Source: the human T2T-CHM13v2.0 reference genome, Homo sapiens | NCBI RefSeq assembly: GCF_009914755.1 | Contig: NC_060930.1 | Strand: one strand, 5' to 3' | DNA: 64,000 nucleotides | In this document: in pieces, positions 35,629 through 50,710 of the stretch | Position numbering within the stretch: position 1 is the first letter of the stretch | How the letters are laid out: every line of letters begins with the position of its first letter | Program-made: the position numbers and the translations under genes | Notes under the pieces: generated by a model | Databases searched by the model: none | What the model saw: only the letters and a program-made list of their open reading frames with translations | Told to the model about the DNA's origin: nothing

Positions 35629-37292
35629 TTTTTTTTTTTGTAGAAGCTTTATTTTTTTTATTTTTTTTTTTTTTATTGATCATTCTTGGGTGTTTCTCGC
35701 ATAGGGGGATTTGGCAGGGTCATAGGACAATAGCGGAGGGAAGGTCAGCAGATAAACAAGTGAACAAAGGTCTCTGGTTTTCCTAGGCAGAGGACCCTGC
35801 GGCCTACCACAGTGTTTGTGTCCCTGGGTACTTGAGATTAGGGACTGGTGATGACTCTTAACGAGCATGCTGCCTTCAAGCATCTGTTTAACAAAGCACA
35901 TCTTGCACCGCCCTTAATCCATTTAACCCTGAGTGGACACAGCACATGTTTCAGAGAGCACAGGGTTGTGGGTAAGGTCATAGATCAACAGCATCCCAAG
36001 GCAGAAGAATTTTTCTTAGTATAGAACAAAATGGAGTCTCCTATGTCTACTTCTTTCTACACAGACACAGCAACAATCTGATTTCTCTATCTTTTCCCCA
36101 CATTTCCCCCTTTTCTATTTGACAAAACCGCCATCATCATGGCCCGTTCTCAATGAGCTGTTGGGTACACCTCCCAGAAGGGGTGGCGGCCGGGCAGAGG
36201 GGCTCCTCACTTCCCAGAAGGGGCGGCCGGGCAGAGGCGCCCCCCACCTCCCGGATGGGGCGGCTGGCCGGGCGGGGGCTGCCCCCCACCTCCCTCCCGG
36301 GCGGGGCAGCTGGCCGGGTGGGGGCTGCCCCCCACCTCCTGGACGGGGCGGCTGCCGGGCGGAGACGCTCCTCACTTCCCAGACAGGGCAGCTGCTGGGC
36401 GGAGGGGCTCCTCACTTCTCAGACGGGGCGGCTGCCGGGCGGAGGGGCTCCTCACTTCTCAGACGGGGCGGCCGGGCAGAGACGCTCCCAGATGGGGTCG
36501 CGGCCGGGCAGAGGCACTCCTCACATCCCAGATGGGGCGGCAGGGCAGAGGCGCTCCCCACATCTCAGACGATGGGCGGCGGGGCAGAGACGCTCCTCAC
36601 TTCCTAGATGGGATGGCAGCCGGGAAGAGGCGCTCCTCACTTCCCAGACTGGGCAGCCGGGCAGAGGGGCTCCTCACATCCCAGACCATGGGCGGCCAGG
36701 CAGAGACGCTCCTCACTTCCCAGACGGGGTGGTGGCCGGGCAGAGGCTGCAATCTCAGCACTTTGGGAGGCCAAGGCAGGCGGCTGGGAGGTGGAGGTTG
36801 TAGCTAGCCGAGATCACACCACTGCACTCCAGCCTGGGCAACATTGAGCACTGAGTGAACGAGACTCCGTCTGCAATCCCGGCACCTCGGGAGGCCGAGG
36901 CTGGCAGATGACTCGCGGTTAGGAGCTGGAGACCAGCCCAGCCAACACAGCGAAACCCCGTCTCCATCAAAAAAATACGAAAACCAGTCAGGCGTGGCGG
37001 CGCGCCCCTGCAATCACAGGCACTGGGCAGGCTGAGGCAGGAGAATCAGGCAGGGAGGTTGCAGTGAGCCGAGATGGTAGCAGTACAGTCCAGCTTCGGC
37101 TTGGCATCAGAGGGAGACCACGGAAAGAGAGGGAGAGGGAGACCGTGGGGAGAGGGAGGGGGAGGGGGGAGGGGGAGAGGGGGAGGGGGAGGGGGGAGGG
37201 GGAGAGGGGGAGGGGGGAGGGGGAGGGGGGAGGGGGAGGGGGGGAGGGGGGAGGGAGGGGGAGGGGGGGAGGGGGAGAGGGAGAGGGAGAGC
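35629..37292 (-). mobile_element. Full-length SVA (older, SVA_B-like) inserted in a MIR
   Basis: On the + strand: poly(T), SINE-R (ATTGATCATTCTTGGGTG...), GC-rich VNTR (about 36170-36740), Alu-like region, then the hexamer tract (about 37130-37291). TSD CAATATTCTT at 35619-35628 and 37293-37302. The subfamily call is tentative. Confidence 0.96.
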
Positions 37293-38684
37293 CAATATTC
37301 TTATTTTACAAATGAGAAGGCTGAGGCTTAGAGAGTTTACTAGCCCAAGAACAAGTCTCAGGATTTTAACCTATGCACTCTGCCCCTAGACTCCAAATTA
37401 GAGATACAGATAAAGCTGAATAGCTTAGTGTTACAAAACGGAAAGAGGTGTTTTTTGGAGTAGAGTTGTAGACGGGTTCAAGGCAGTCAGTGAAGATGTA
37501 AAAAGAGCCCAGCAAAATGTCAAGAGGCTACAGTCCAAGTTGTCAAAAAGAAACTAAGAGAGTTTAAGAACAGGACATTAAATATTCAACTGTAAGTTGT
37601 TTATATTGCAATAAACCTCTATTGTTCTCTCCATCTTCTCAAATCTTCTCAAGCCTTGAGTAAAGTCTGACGCAGCAGGGCCTTACATTTAGTGTGTGAG
37701 TGTAAACCACAAAGAGACTGCCTGAGCAGAGTATAGGAATCAGTAGAGGCAAGAAATCAGTTAAAGGTGTCTTGTGACAGCCCTCTTCAAATTCCCCTCA
37801 CTCTCCCACCTGCCCCCAGCCTGGAAGAATTTAGAGATGTTTAGGAGATTATTGGACTTTCCACAGCCTTGGAAAGAGATTTGAGCAAAATTTATCTACG
37901 TCTTTAGGGACAGGGAGATTCCACATAATAGGTGACAAGTACATGCATGAGAAGGAGTTTATTAAGATAAATAAAAAATGATAATGGTAGCTCTCTCTAA
38001 GAGAGGGAAGTAGGAAAATGGTTAATTTGCATTTGCCTTTTAGTGCTTTTCCTAGGTTTTCAAAATTTGTACAACAAATATGTTACCTTTGTAGCCCGAG
38101 AACAGAACAATAAATTATCAAAAAATTATCAAAATGATCAATGTCTGTTTCTCTTTTGTTCCTAACTATATAGACTCTTCTGTCTCTTGGATGTGTCTAG
38201 TCACTAAAAAGAAACAGACAAAATAAACACACATGTAAACCATGCCATTGATTCATTTATGTATAGATGTTTCATATAATTATAGAAAAAATGGTCTACA
38301 TATCAAGTGAGAACTCATTACCTTAGTGATAAAGTACACAAAATATTTTGGGTCAATATCATGAGACTAGGAAGAACAAAGTATCTTTAAGATATAAAGT
38401 CAGTCCTTCAGACTTTGATCAGGCCAAGGCTGAGACTGATAAGACCTAGTTTTAGTTTTGACTTGCTTCTTGACTCATGTACTTTTGAGTGTGCAGGCAA
38501 TTTCCTGTCTTCAGCTTTCCTATTTTCAAAGTGACCAATATTACCTGCAAACAGATTCTTATAAAGATTTTTGTGGTCTCAGGATTAAAGTGTCTATATA
38601 AAAGGAGAGTTATGATTGTGACATATTTCAGTGTTACTGATCAAACAAGTGACCACTAACGTTCAGACCAAAAAACAGAAACAA

Positions 38685-39043
<359 letters not shown>

Positions 39044-39676
39044 CTAGTACTTAATGAAAAGGCTAATTTAAAACATGAATGTTTCCCTCTTATTCATCAG
39101 AAATATTTGATAAGAAATAAAGTTGTAGTTTATTGTCTTTGCATAGCTCAGATACTTTGCGGGTACAAAGGGATGAAAGATACATGATTTCATATCTTGG
39201 AAATATCACTTTGACTTGTTAATTTCCACACCTGGGCAGGGTGTGATGTGAAAATGAATACTCTTTGTTCTTTTAGTAAAATGAACAGACTCGGAGGAAG
39301 GCATGGAAAGTTTAAAGTGTCATTATAAAGAGAAAGGAGATTCTGTAAGCCTTTAGCTCCCAGTCCTCTTCACTGAGAAGTCGAAATGTATCATTTCTCT
39401 CATCCTTGATGTTAGTGTGAACCTAGCTACTAGTTTCCCTCTTTCTTCTGCTGAGATAGTGCTTACACCCAAGGCGCTGATTCTGTTTCTGATTCTTAGC
39501 CACTGGGCAAGATTTACTACTTGGATTCAACTTATGAATGAACATATTTCAATCTTATAGTGATTTTAATATTTCTTTATCGTTAGTAAGAACTTAAAAA
39601 TCATGAGGATATAATGTTATTAGTGATAAATTTTATTTTACTTTTTTGGAACCAGAACTGCCAGATGAGGATTCTA

Positions 39677-40404
<728 letters not shown>

Positions 40405-41035
40405 AACATTTCTTTTTAACTAGTGGATAAAATATGAAATTAAAAGGAAAAGTCTGTATCTAAGGTAATATATATTTTAAGGTTTTTCCTATGATCATTT
40501 AAAAATTGGCTTCTCTGGTTTAGATCCCAGTTTGGAAAATCAGATATAAAAGACATTTTGGGAATTGGGAGAAAATTTGAACATGGACTGAATGTTAGGT
40601 GATATTAAGGGGTTAGTATTAATTTTGTTCAGTGAGATAATATTATTTTAGCTATGAAGGAAAATGTTTTTACATTTTAATGACATATGCTAAAGTATTT
40701 ATGGGTGGGATATTACTATGTCTCCAATTTGTGATGGCAAAAGATCACTCCTTAGATGGCTTGGCAGTCACTCTGAAGGGGAAAAACACAACTTTACAGG
40801 GTGAAATCTGGGAGTTACCACCTAAACCCAGTGACCAATTTTGGCATCACCAAAAGAGAGACACTAAATTATGTACCTCTTGATATACATAAATACATAT
40901 ATACATATGATACATGTGAGTTACATACATATATATATGTATGTATGAAGTACAGCCTTGTGTCTGTATTTGTATCAGCCTTGTATCTGTACAGCCTTGT
41001 ATCTGAAGTATTGCTGCCAAGATGTTTAATCTACA

Positions 41036-41326
41036 TTTTTTTTTTTGAGACAGGGTCTCACTCTGCGCCCAGGCTGGAATGCAGTGGCATGATCTTGGCT
41101 CACTGCAACTCTGCCTCCCGGGTTCAAGCGATTCTCCTGTCTCAGCCTCCCAAGTAGCTGGGATTACAGGCACCTCCCACCACTCCTGGCTAATTTTTAT
41201 ATTTTTAGTAGAGATGGGGTTTTGCCATGTTGGCCAGGCTGGTCTCGAACTCCTGACCTCAGGTGATCCGCCCACCTCAGCCTCCCAAAATGTTGGGATT
41301 ACAAGCGTGAGCCACTGCACCCGGCC
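41036..41326 (-). mobile_element. AluS without a matching TSD
   Basis: Full reverse-strand dimer whose two flanks are unrelated. Confidence 0.92.
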
Positions 41327-41386
41327 GACAAATAGTCTTAAAATGGGAATACTTGGCCGACAAATAGTCTTAAAACGGGAATATCT

Positions 41387-41432
41387 GGCCGGGCGTGATG
41401 GCTCACGCCATCTCATAAAACAAAACAAAAAA
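41387..41432 (+). mobile_element. Collapsed Alu (5' 23 nt fused to the 3' end and tail)
   Basis: GGCCGGGCGTGATGGCTCACGCC + ATCTCA + A-rich tail. TSD-like AAACGGGAATATCT and AAACTGGAATACCT. Confidence 0.8.
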
Positions 41433-41489
41433 GAAACTGGAATACCTAATATAAAGGTTTTACTACACAAGAGGAAGGGGAAGATAGCT

Positions 41490-41980
41490 ACAATCAGTAT
41501 TTTATGAGCACTTACCACACGCTAGGCACCATGCCACGTGTTGGAGATACTGCAATCAACAAGTGGCCCCTGCATAGTGGAATGTACTGTCTGGAGTGAA
41601 AGACAGACAAAAACATGCAAACAGACAAATAACACAAATAACATGAGTTTGGAGAGTAATTCCTCTGATGGAAGAAACAAACAAGCACTACGGAGAAGAA
41701 CAACAGTTGTGATGGTCAGAAAAGGGATCTCCTTGAAGGCACATGCAGGCTGTGTCTTATAAGAGAAGCAGGAGTCAGCCAGAGGGAAGGTAAAGAGAAG
41801 AGCTATCTAAACAGAAGCAGCTGTGTGCACAGAACTCCTGGGGGGGAGATGGAATAAGGAAAGCCAATGTGATTCAGGTGTAGTGAGCAAGGAGGACTGT
41901 GACACAGGGTGAACTAGAGAAGTAGCTTTCAGGTCACGGCAAAAAATTTAATTTTTTTCCCCCAAAGTGCAGTGAGTAGC
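41490..41980 (-). mobile_element. L2 fragment
   Basis: TATGAGCACTTACCACACGCTAGGCACCATGC followed by a purine-rich L2 body. Confidence 0.65.
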
Positions 41981-42324
41981 CATATTCCACAATATTCTTT
42001 TTTTTTTCTTTTCTTTTGTAGAGATGGGGTGTCATTATGTTTCCCAGGCCTGTTTTGAATTCCTGGTCTCAAATGATCCTCCTGCCTTGGCCTCACAAAG
42101 TGCTGGAATTACAGGCATGAGCCACTGCACCTGGCCAACGATATTCATTAATTTAAGGAAATTCCACTTTTAAGAATACTTAGGGCATTTGCTAATACAC
42201 TAAAAGCTTAAGAGTCACAACTACATGTCTTACACTCCAGCCATACTCAACCACTCACTGGGACCCTTTCAGTTCTATTTGGATGCCTCCCACCTGCCAA
42301 TAGAGCAAATTGATACTCATCTGG

Positions 42325-43068
42325 GGTATTAGGAATCTATTGCTGTATAACAAATTATCCCAAAAGGTAGTGATCTAAACCAATGATAAACATTTATTAC
42401 CTCACAGTTTCTGGGGTTGGGAATTCTGAGTGGCTTAGCTGTATGGTTCTAGTTCATGGTCTCACATGCAGTTGCAGTCAAGATGTTGGCTGAGGCTGCA
42501 GTCATCCAAAGACCTGACTGGGACTGGAGGAGCCACTTCCAAGATGGCTCACCCACGTGGCTGTTGTGGGCAGGAGGCCTTACTTTCTTGCCATGTAGTC
42601 ATCTTCATAGATCTGCTTGAGTGTCCTCGTGACATGGCAGCTGACTTCCTTCACAGTGAGTGATCCAAGGAAGAGAGTAAACAGGAAACCATAATGCTGC
42701 TGATAACCTCATCTTTGAAGTACACTGTCACTTCTGCCATTTTCTATTAGTGTCACTAGTAGACAGCACAAAGAAGTTGACACCAAGTGCTGTGGCTCAT
42801 GCCTGTAATCCCAGCACTTTGGTAGGCCAAGGCAGGCAGATCATCTGAGGTCAGGAGTTCGAGACCAGCCTGGCCAACACAGTGAAACCCCGTCTCTACT
42901 GAAAATACAAAAACTAGCCGAACATGGTGGTGGGTGCCTGTAATCCCAGCTACTTGGGAGGCTGAGTGTCACTAAGTCCAGTCCACACTCAAAGGGAGGG
43001 GAGTTAAGTTCCACCTCTTGAAAGGAGAAGTATCTAAAAATTTGTGAACATATTTTAAAACTACCACA
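42325..43068 (-). mobile_element. MaLR LTR (MLT1F-like) containing a tail-less partial Alu (42781-42966, plus)
   Basis: TATTGCTGTATAACAAATTATCCCAAA, CACTTCCAAGATGGCTCAC, GACATGGCAGCTGACTTC and terminal TTTAAAACTACCACA. Confidence 0.82.
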
Positions 43069-44313
43069 TTTGGTGACCCAGCTCAAATGTCATCTTCTAT
43101 GTGAAGCCTTTCTTGATTTTCCTGAGCAGACCTAGTCATTCTCTTCTCTCAGTTTTCACAGCATGTCATTTCTATTCCTTAAAGCTCTTGTCTTTTTAAC
43201 TGTAATCAATTGATTTACATGCTTGTCTTTCAACTAGCCTGGAAGATGCTTCAGGCCAAGATAATGTGTTTTATTAATCATTTGTATCCTCAATCTGCTC
43301 ATTAGTGAAATCCTAGGAACACTACGAAATACTACCTTCCACCACTCCTAACACAAGTTTTTAAAAGATCCCTTCGCACTTAATGCTTTTCTTGCTTTTT
43401 CATATTCTTGGTTTACTCTCCCTCTCCCTTCTGAACTAGAAGACAATTTCAAAAATAAGACTGTATTAGTTATCATTTTTAAAAATTCTTTATAATGACA
43501 AAGACAATGCTCTGCATTACAGTAATAGATTTTTAAAAGAATTAAATAAGAGAAGCCCCTTTAGAGTTAAAAAAATATTTCTAACTTCTTTAATAATCAG
43601 AATATCTAATGGCTATCTCGGTTCTATGTAAACCCTAACAAGAAAAAGATAACCTCAGTTCATAATGCATAAAACATGCAGCACTGAGAAAAAAGACCTC
43701 TGAAGTACAGGGGTGTTCTATTCTGTTTTGTTTGCTTCCTTATTGTTTGGGAGAGGAGACAGCTAACAATGAAGCTTTCTTTAGCATTCAGTGGAAAGAA
43801 CGTCAAGAAATCTTGTTTTTATTTTCTCTTGAAAAATGAGAAGCCATATTCCCTCCCATAGTTACAAAGTATCATCCTGTCCTTGATCTCTGTTTCTAGA
43901 ATGTTCTCAATTCAGATGGTTTTTATCTAGATTCAGTTGGAGGCCTGGATGGCCTTGGTTCTGATAACTAGAAATCTTGTGACAATCTCAGAAGTCTTCT
44001 GGGGCAGATTTCTTTGGTTTTGGGACAAGATTTGACCAGCCCTGAATCTGTGACAGGTCTGGGAGGGGCAGGGGAAGAAATGAGCAGAACCTGGAACAAG
44101 GTCTACACCTCCGCCCCCTTACAACTTGACTAGGAAGTTCTTTCTGATGGTCCCTCATTCAAGAGTCAAGATTACTACACATTAAAATTTTAAAAAGACA
44201 ATGGAAGAGCTCCCAGCAAAATAGCCTATGTGGCAGTTTAGAGGGTGACTTTCTTCTCAAAAAGAGAAAGTGGATGTAAACCAACTCTTCTCCTTTCTTT
44301 CTCTGACCTGTAA

Positions 44314-45354
<1,041 letters not shown>

Positions 45355-45605
45355 GACAGTCCTATTTCTAAGAAGGTGATCCACTCATGCTGAATCAGAT
45401 AACACAGTAAGCTCACAGTGGGCCCTCAAACAATGGTCATTGCTCTGATAGTTATAATGCTAATGTTGGTTGGGTTCTCTGATACTGGGACACCAGGCTG
45501 TGATCAAATCCTGGGGGACCTCTTCAGCAGGAGAGCAAATAGGTTCTGAAGGAAGAGTCAGAGAATCTGGATTTCATGGCATTTATTTGTCCTGAATGCA
45601 TTCAA

Positions 45606-45905
45606 TTTTTTTTTTCTTTTCTTTTGAGACAGGTTCTCACTCTTTTACACAGGCTGGAGTACATTGACATGATCATGGCTCACTGCAGCCTCTACCTCCT
45701 GGCTCAGGTGATTCTCCCACCTCAGCCTCCCTGGTAGGTGGGACTACAGGCACGTGCCACCATGCTCGGCTAATTTTTGTATTTTTTGTAGGGCTGAGGT
45801 TTTGCCATGTTGCCCAGGCTGGTCTCAAACTCCTGGGCTCAAATAATCCTCCCACGTCAGCCTCTCAAATTGTTGGGATTATAGGCAAAAGCCATTGCAC
45901 CCAAC
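45606..45905 (-). mobile_element. AluJ
   Basis: Diverged reverse-strand dimer. Confidence 0.9.
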
Positions 45906-46661
45906 CCACATTCACATTTTACATGTCTCAATTAAATAGCCCACCAAATTTGGAAGGAAGAACTAAGCTTTTAAAAATGTCTGAAAGAGGTACATCCTGG
46001 GAAAACTCTCCCTCCTCTCAGTATGGAGGAGGCTTCTAAGGGAGGAGGTCACCTCCATCCTTCCTAGAGAGAACAGAAGACACAGGGGTGTTTGTTTCAC
46101 CTAGGAGATGACAGCACAAATTACTGTTTTCTCTGTTAACAAATTTCTGAAACATGTTAGTGCCTTGTCTGTTGCCTGAAAGGGTGGAGGGCAGAGTATA
46201 AAACTGCAAATTGCTAGTTAGGTATCCGGTATTCCAGTTTTAAGAAATCTGGAATTCATGATTATGTTATGTTTAATTTCAAATTTAATGTTAAATCTGG
46301 AAAATCTAAAATATTTGTGACAACAAATTAAATGACAAATGAACTTGAAAATAAATGCAGAAAGATCAAGAGTTAAAAAAAAATTCAGTTAATCCACTGT
46401 CTGTTTACCTTGTGGCTCTCTTTTCTAAGTTAACTGGAAAATATTTAATCACATGCCTTTAATTAAAGCTCTGTACCCGTGGAGAAGCACAAGTAGGGTT
46501 TGTTTCACTTAGGCAAGAATGTCCAATGGTTCAGTTGCTAGAAAATTGGTATTTAATAACATCTAGCAGATGTTAACATTCTAGAAGAGATTCCCATTTT
46601 TTTAAAACTTGTGGAGAAAAAAACTGAACCTTACTGAGAGGGAAACAGCCTTCAATATCTT

Positions 46662-46740
46662 TTCTCCTCCTCCTCCTCCTCCTCCTTCTCCTCATCCTTC
46701 TCCTCATTCTCCTCCTTCTTCTCCTCCTTCTCCTTCTCCT
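46662..46740. repeat. Imperfect (CCT/TCT)n triplet repeat
   Basis: Visible directly. It produces the spurious poly-R and poly-P ORFs. Confidence 0.92.
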
Positions 46741-47286
46741 GAGCATATTCAACATAATTGTCTGGGTGGGATGGACACTCTGAGATCCATTTGTGAGAAA
46801 CACTGACTAATTTCATTAACTACCGCTAAACCAACCTGCAGATGTCATATGATAAACAGACCAGAGGCAAGGTCCTGTGTCATGGGGGAAGGCACCACAT
46901 TGGGCTGGCAACCAGGGATCCTGCTTCTAGCCCAATTTTTCTGGGAACAATCTATATAATCCAGGTAAGGTCATTCATTTCTCTGGGCCTCAGTGTGCCT
47001 CTCTAGACCTTCAGTGGGTTGACTAGATGGCTGATAATATGTAGCTAATATTTGGTGGGTCTTGCAGCTCTGCACATGGCCAGATACCCTGACGTCCAAT
47101 GTGGTATACAGCACAGGCTCCAGGGCAAGACTGGGTTCATTCAGACTGACTCTTAGGTGAGTGTGCTCACTGCCTCATTCTTCAGCCTTCACATCTATAA
47201 AATGGGGATGATCATAGACCCTACATTATAGGACTGCTACAGGTCTAAATGTGATATTATACCTAAATCCCTTAGAATACAGCCTA

Positions 47287-47629
<343 letters not shown>

Positions 47630-48029
47630 TTTAAAAAATGCCTGTCTTTCCAGATGGATTTTTCTGAGTTTAATACTTTTGCCTGGTCACCAATACCAAC
47701 TGTCTGGAGGGTCCATATGTGCCCTGTGAATATTTTGTGACTTTTATCATCCCGTGGAAGTATTGAATGAATGTTCTGCATGGCTTTTAGAGTTCTAATT
47801 TTCAAGCTGTGAAAAAAGAGAAATTTGGTAGGAAAAAAGCCCTATGCTTTAAATACCTCTAATATTTTTTGGTTTTAATTTCATGCGGAGTGGCTGCTGT
47901 TCAATCACATTAAGTTCAAGATCTGAAGGTTGAGTATCAGGATCCGAAGGGAGATATTAGAAATGCTGATAGCCCCCATGGTCTTACAAGTCATTAGATC
48001 TTCCCCAGACCCCAGCTCAAAGGCATTTA

Positions 48030-48400
48030 CTCATCCACTTATCTATTCTTTCACCCACAAGCTTATATTGAGCACTTGCTATATGTTAGTCACTGTACAA
48101 AGTAAATAATACATGGTTCCTCCTTTTGAAGAGCTCAGAGCTTATGAGGAAGACAGATGAACAAATGGGTGAATTACCAAAGTGGTAACTGTTGCTACAA
48201 GGACATAAAACCAAGCAATTAATTGTGCCTGGGGGAGCCAGGACGTGACAACTGAAGTGGGCTGAGAATGGCAAGTGAAACCTATGTGTGTGTGATTGTC
48301 TGTCTTTATCTGTCTGAGTATTATGGGCAGGGGGAAGAGAAAAGGCCTTGTGAAAGGCATTGAGGCCTGTTGGGAGGCACAATCTACATGCTTTGGAAAT
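48030..48400 (-). mobile_element. L2 fragment
   Basis: TATTGAGCACTTGCTATATG...GAAGAGCTCAGAG. Confidence 0.62.
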
Positions 48401-48530
48401 AAGAAACTTTTTTTAACTGGCAGGAAAAAGAAGGGAAACCACCCCATCTAACTTCCCACCTTCCTTCTAGGAAGAGAGAATTTGTATTAGATGTACTGAT
48501 GATAAAGGGAATATACCCATAAGATATTTA

Positions 48531-49260
<730 letters not shown>

Positions 49261-49382
49261 AGTAGGAGCATAATGATTTTGAGTACCTCCGAAAGAACCT
49301 GGTATAGGCACAAAGCAGCTAAATTATTCCCAAAATGTATGCAGTACAGGATGACATCTACAATTCTCAAAAAATCTCTTTT

Positions 49383-49920
<538 letters not shown>

Positions 49921-50258
49921 TTTTTAAGGCAGGCTTGTGAGAAGGTAAGGAGAAATAATGTGAAAATATGGAAGATAAACTCACTCTAGGAGTTTAGAAG
50001 CCTGCAAAATCAGTATAATGAGCACTCATATCCCTAGCACCGGGATTCAACAATCATTACATTTTTCCATTTCACCATATTTGATTCATATATATGTATA
50101 TGTGTATATATACATTTTCAGAACCATTTTAAAGAAAATTACAGATATTTTATACTGCAATACTTTAACACACATGCACACATTTCCAAAAATTAAAGAT
50201 GCTCTCCTTCATACCCAGACAGCAGTATCACATCTAAGACAATAAGAAATAATTCCCA

Positions 50259-50549
50259 GGCTGCGCTCGGTGGCTCATGCCTATAATCCCAGCACTTTGG
50301 GAAGCCGAGGCGGGCGGATCACCTGAGGTCGGGAGTTTGAGCCAGCCTGACCAACATGGAAAAACCCCATCTCTACTAAAAATACAAAATTAGCTGGCGT
50401 GGTGGAGGATGCCTGTAATCCCAGCTACTCAGGAGACTGAGGCAGGAGAATCGCTTGAACGCAGGAGGCAGAAGTTGCGGTGAGCCGAGATCACGCTCTT
50501 TAGCCTGGGCAACAAGAGCAAAACTACGTCTCACAAAAAAAAAAAAAAA
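50259..50549 (+). mobile_element. AluSp-like element within old L1M sequence (about 49990-50620)
   Basis: Full dimer with Sp diagnostics. Confidence 0.9.
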
Positions 50550-50710
50550 TCCCTAATTTCCAATGCGGGGTCCATATTTATATTTCTGTATAGTCCCCAA
50601 ACTATCTTTTATAGCTATTATTTAGACAAGACATTTATGTATTTTTAATGGGTGGCATGTTTTTTGGCACCTTTTGGGCACGGACAAGTCTAATTTCTAC
50701 TTCGAACTGT

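Noticed and set aside
36170-36740. Regularly spaced repeats (CTCCTCACTTCCCAGA...) resembling a repeat-spacer array
   Set aside because: This is the SVA VNTR. The intervening sequences are themselves repeated, and there is no cas gene or prokaryotic context, so it is not CRISPR.
36115-37331. 162-216 aa ORFs and Gly/Arg-rich ORFs
   Set aside because: They are translations of the SVA VNTR and hexamer repeats. The same applies to 50901-52525.
40847-41518. 223-aa ORF, and the similar 189-aa (48528-49097) and 201-aa (62918-63523) ORFs
   Set aside because: Largely Alu-derived peptides with no splice structure or domain signal.
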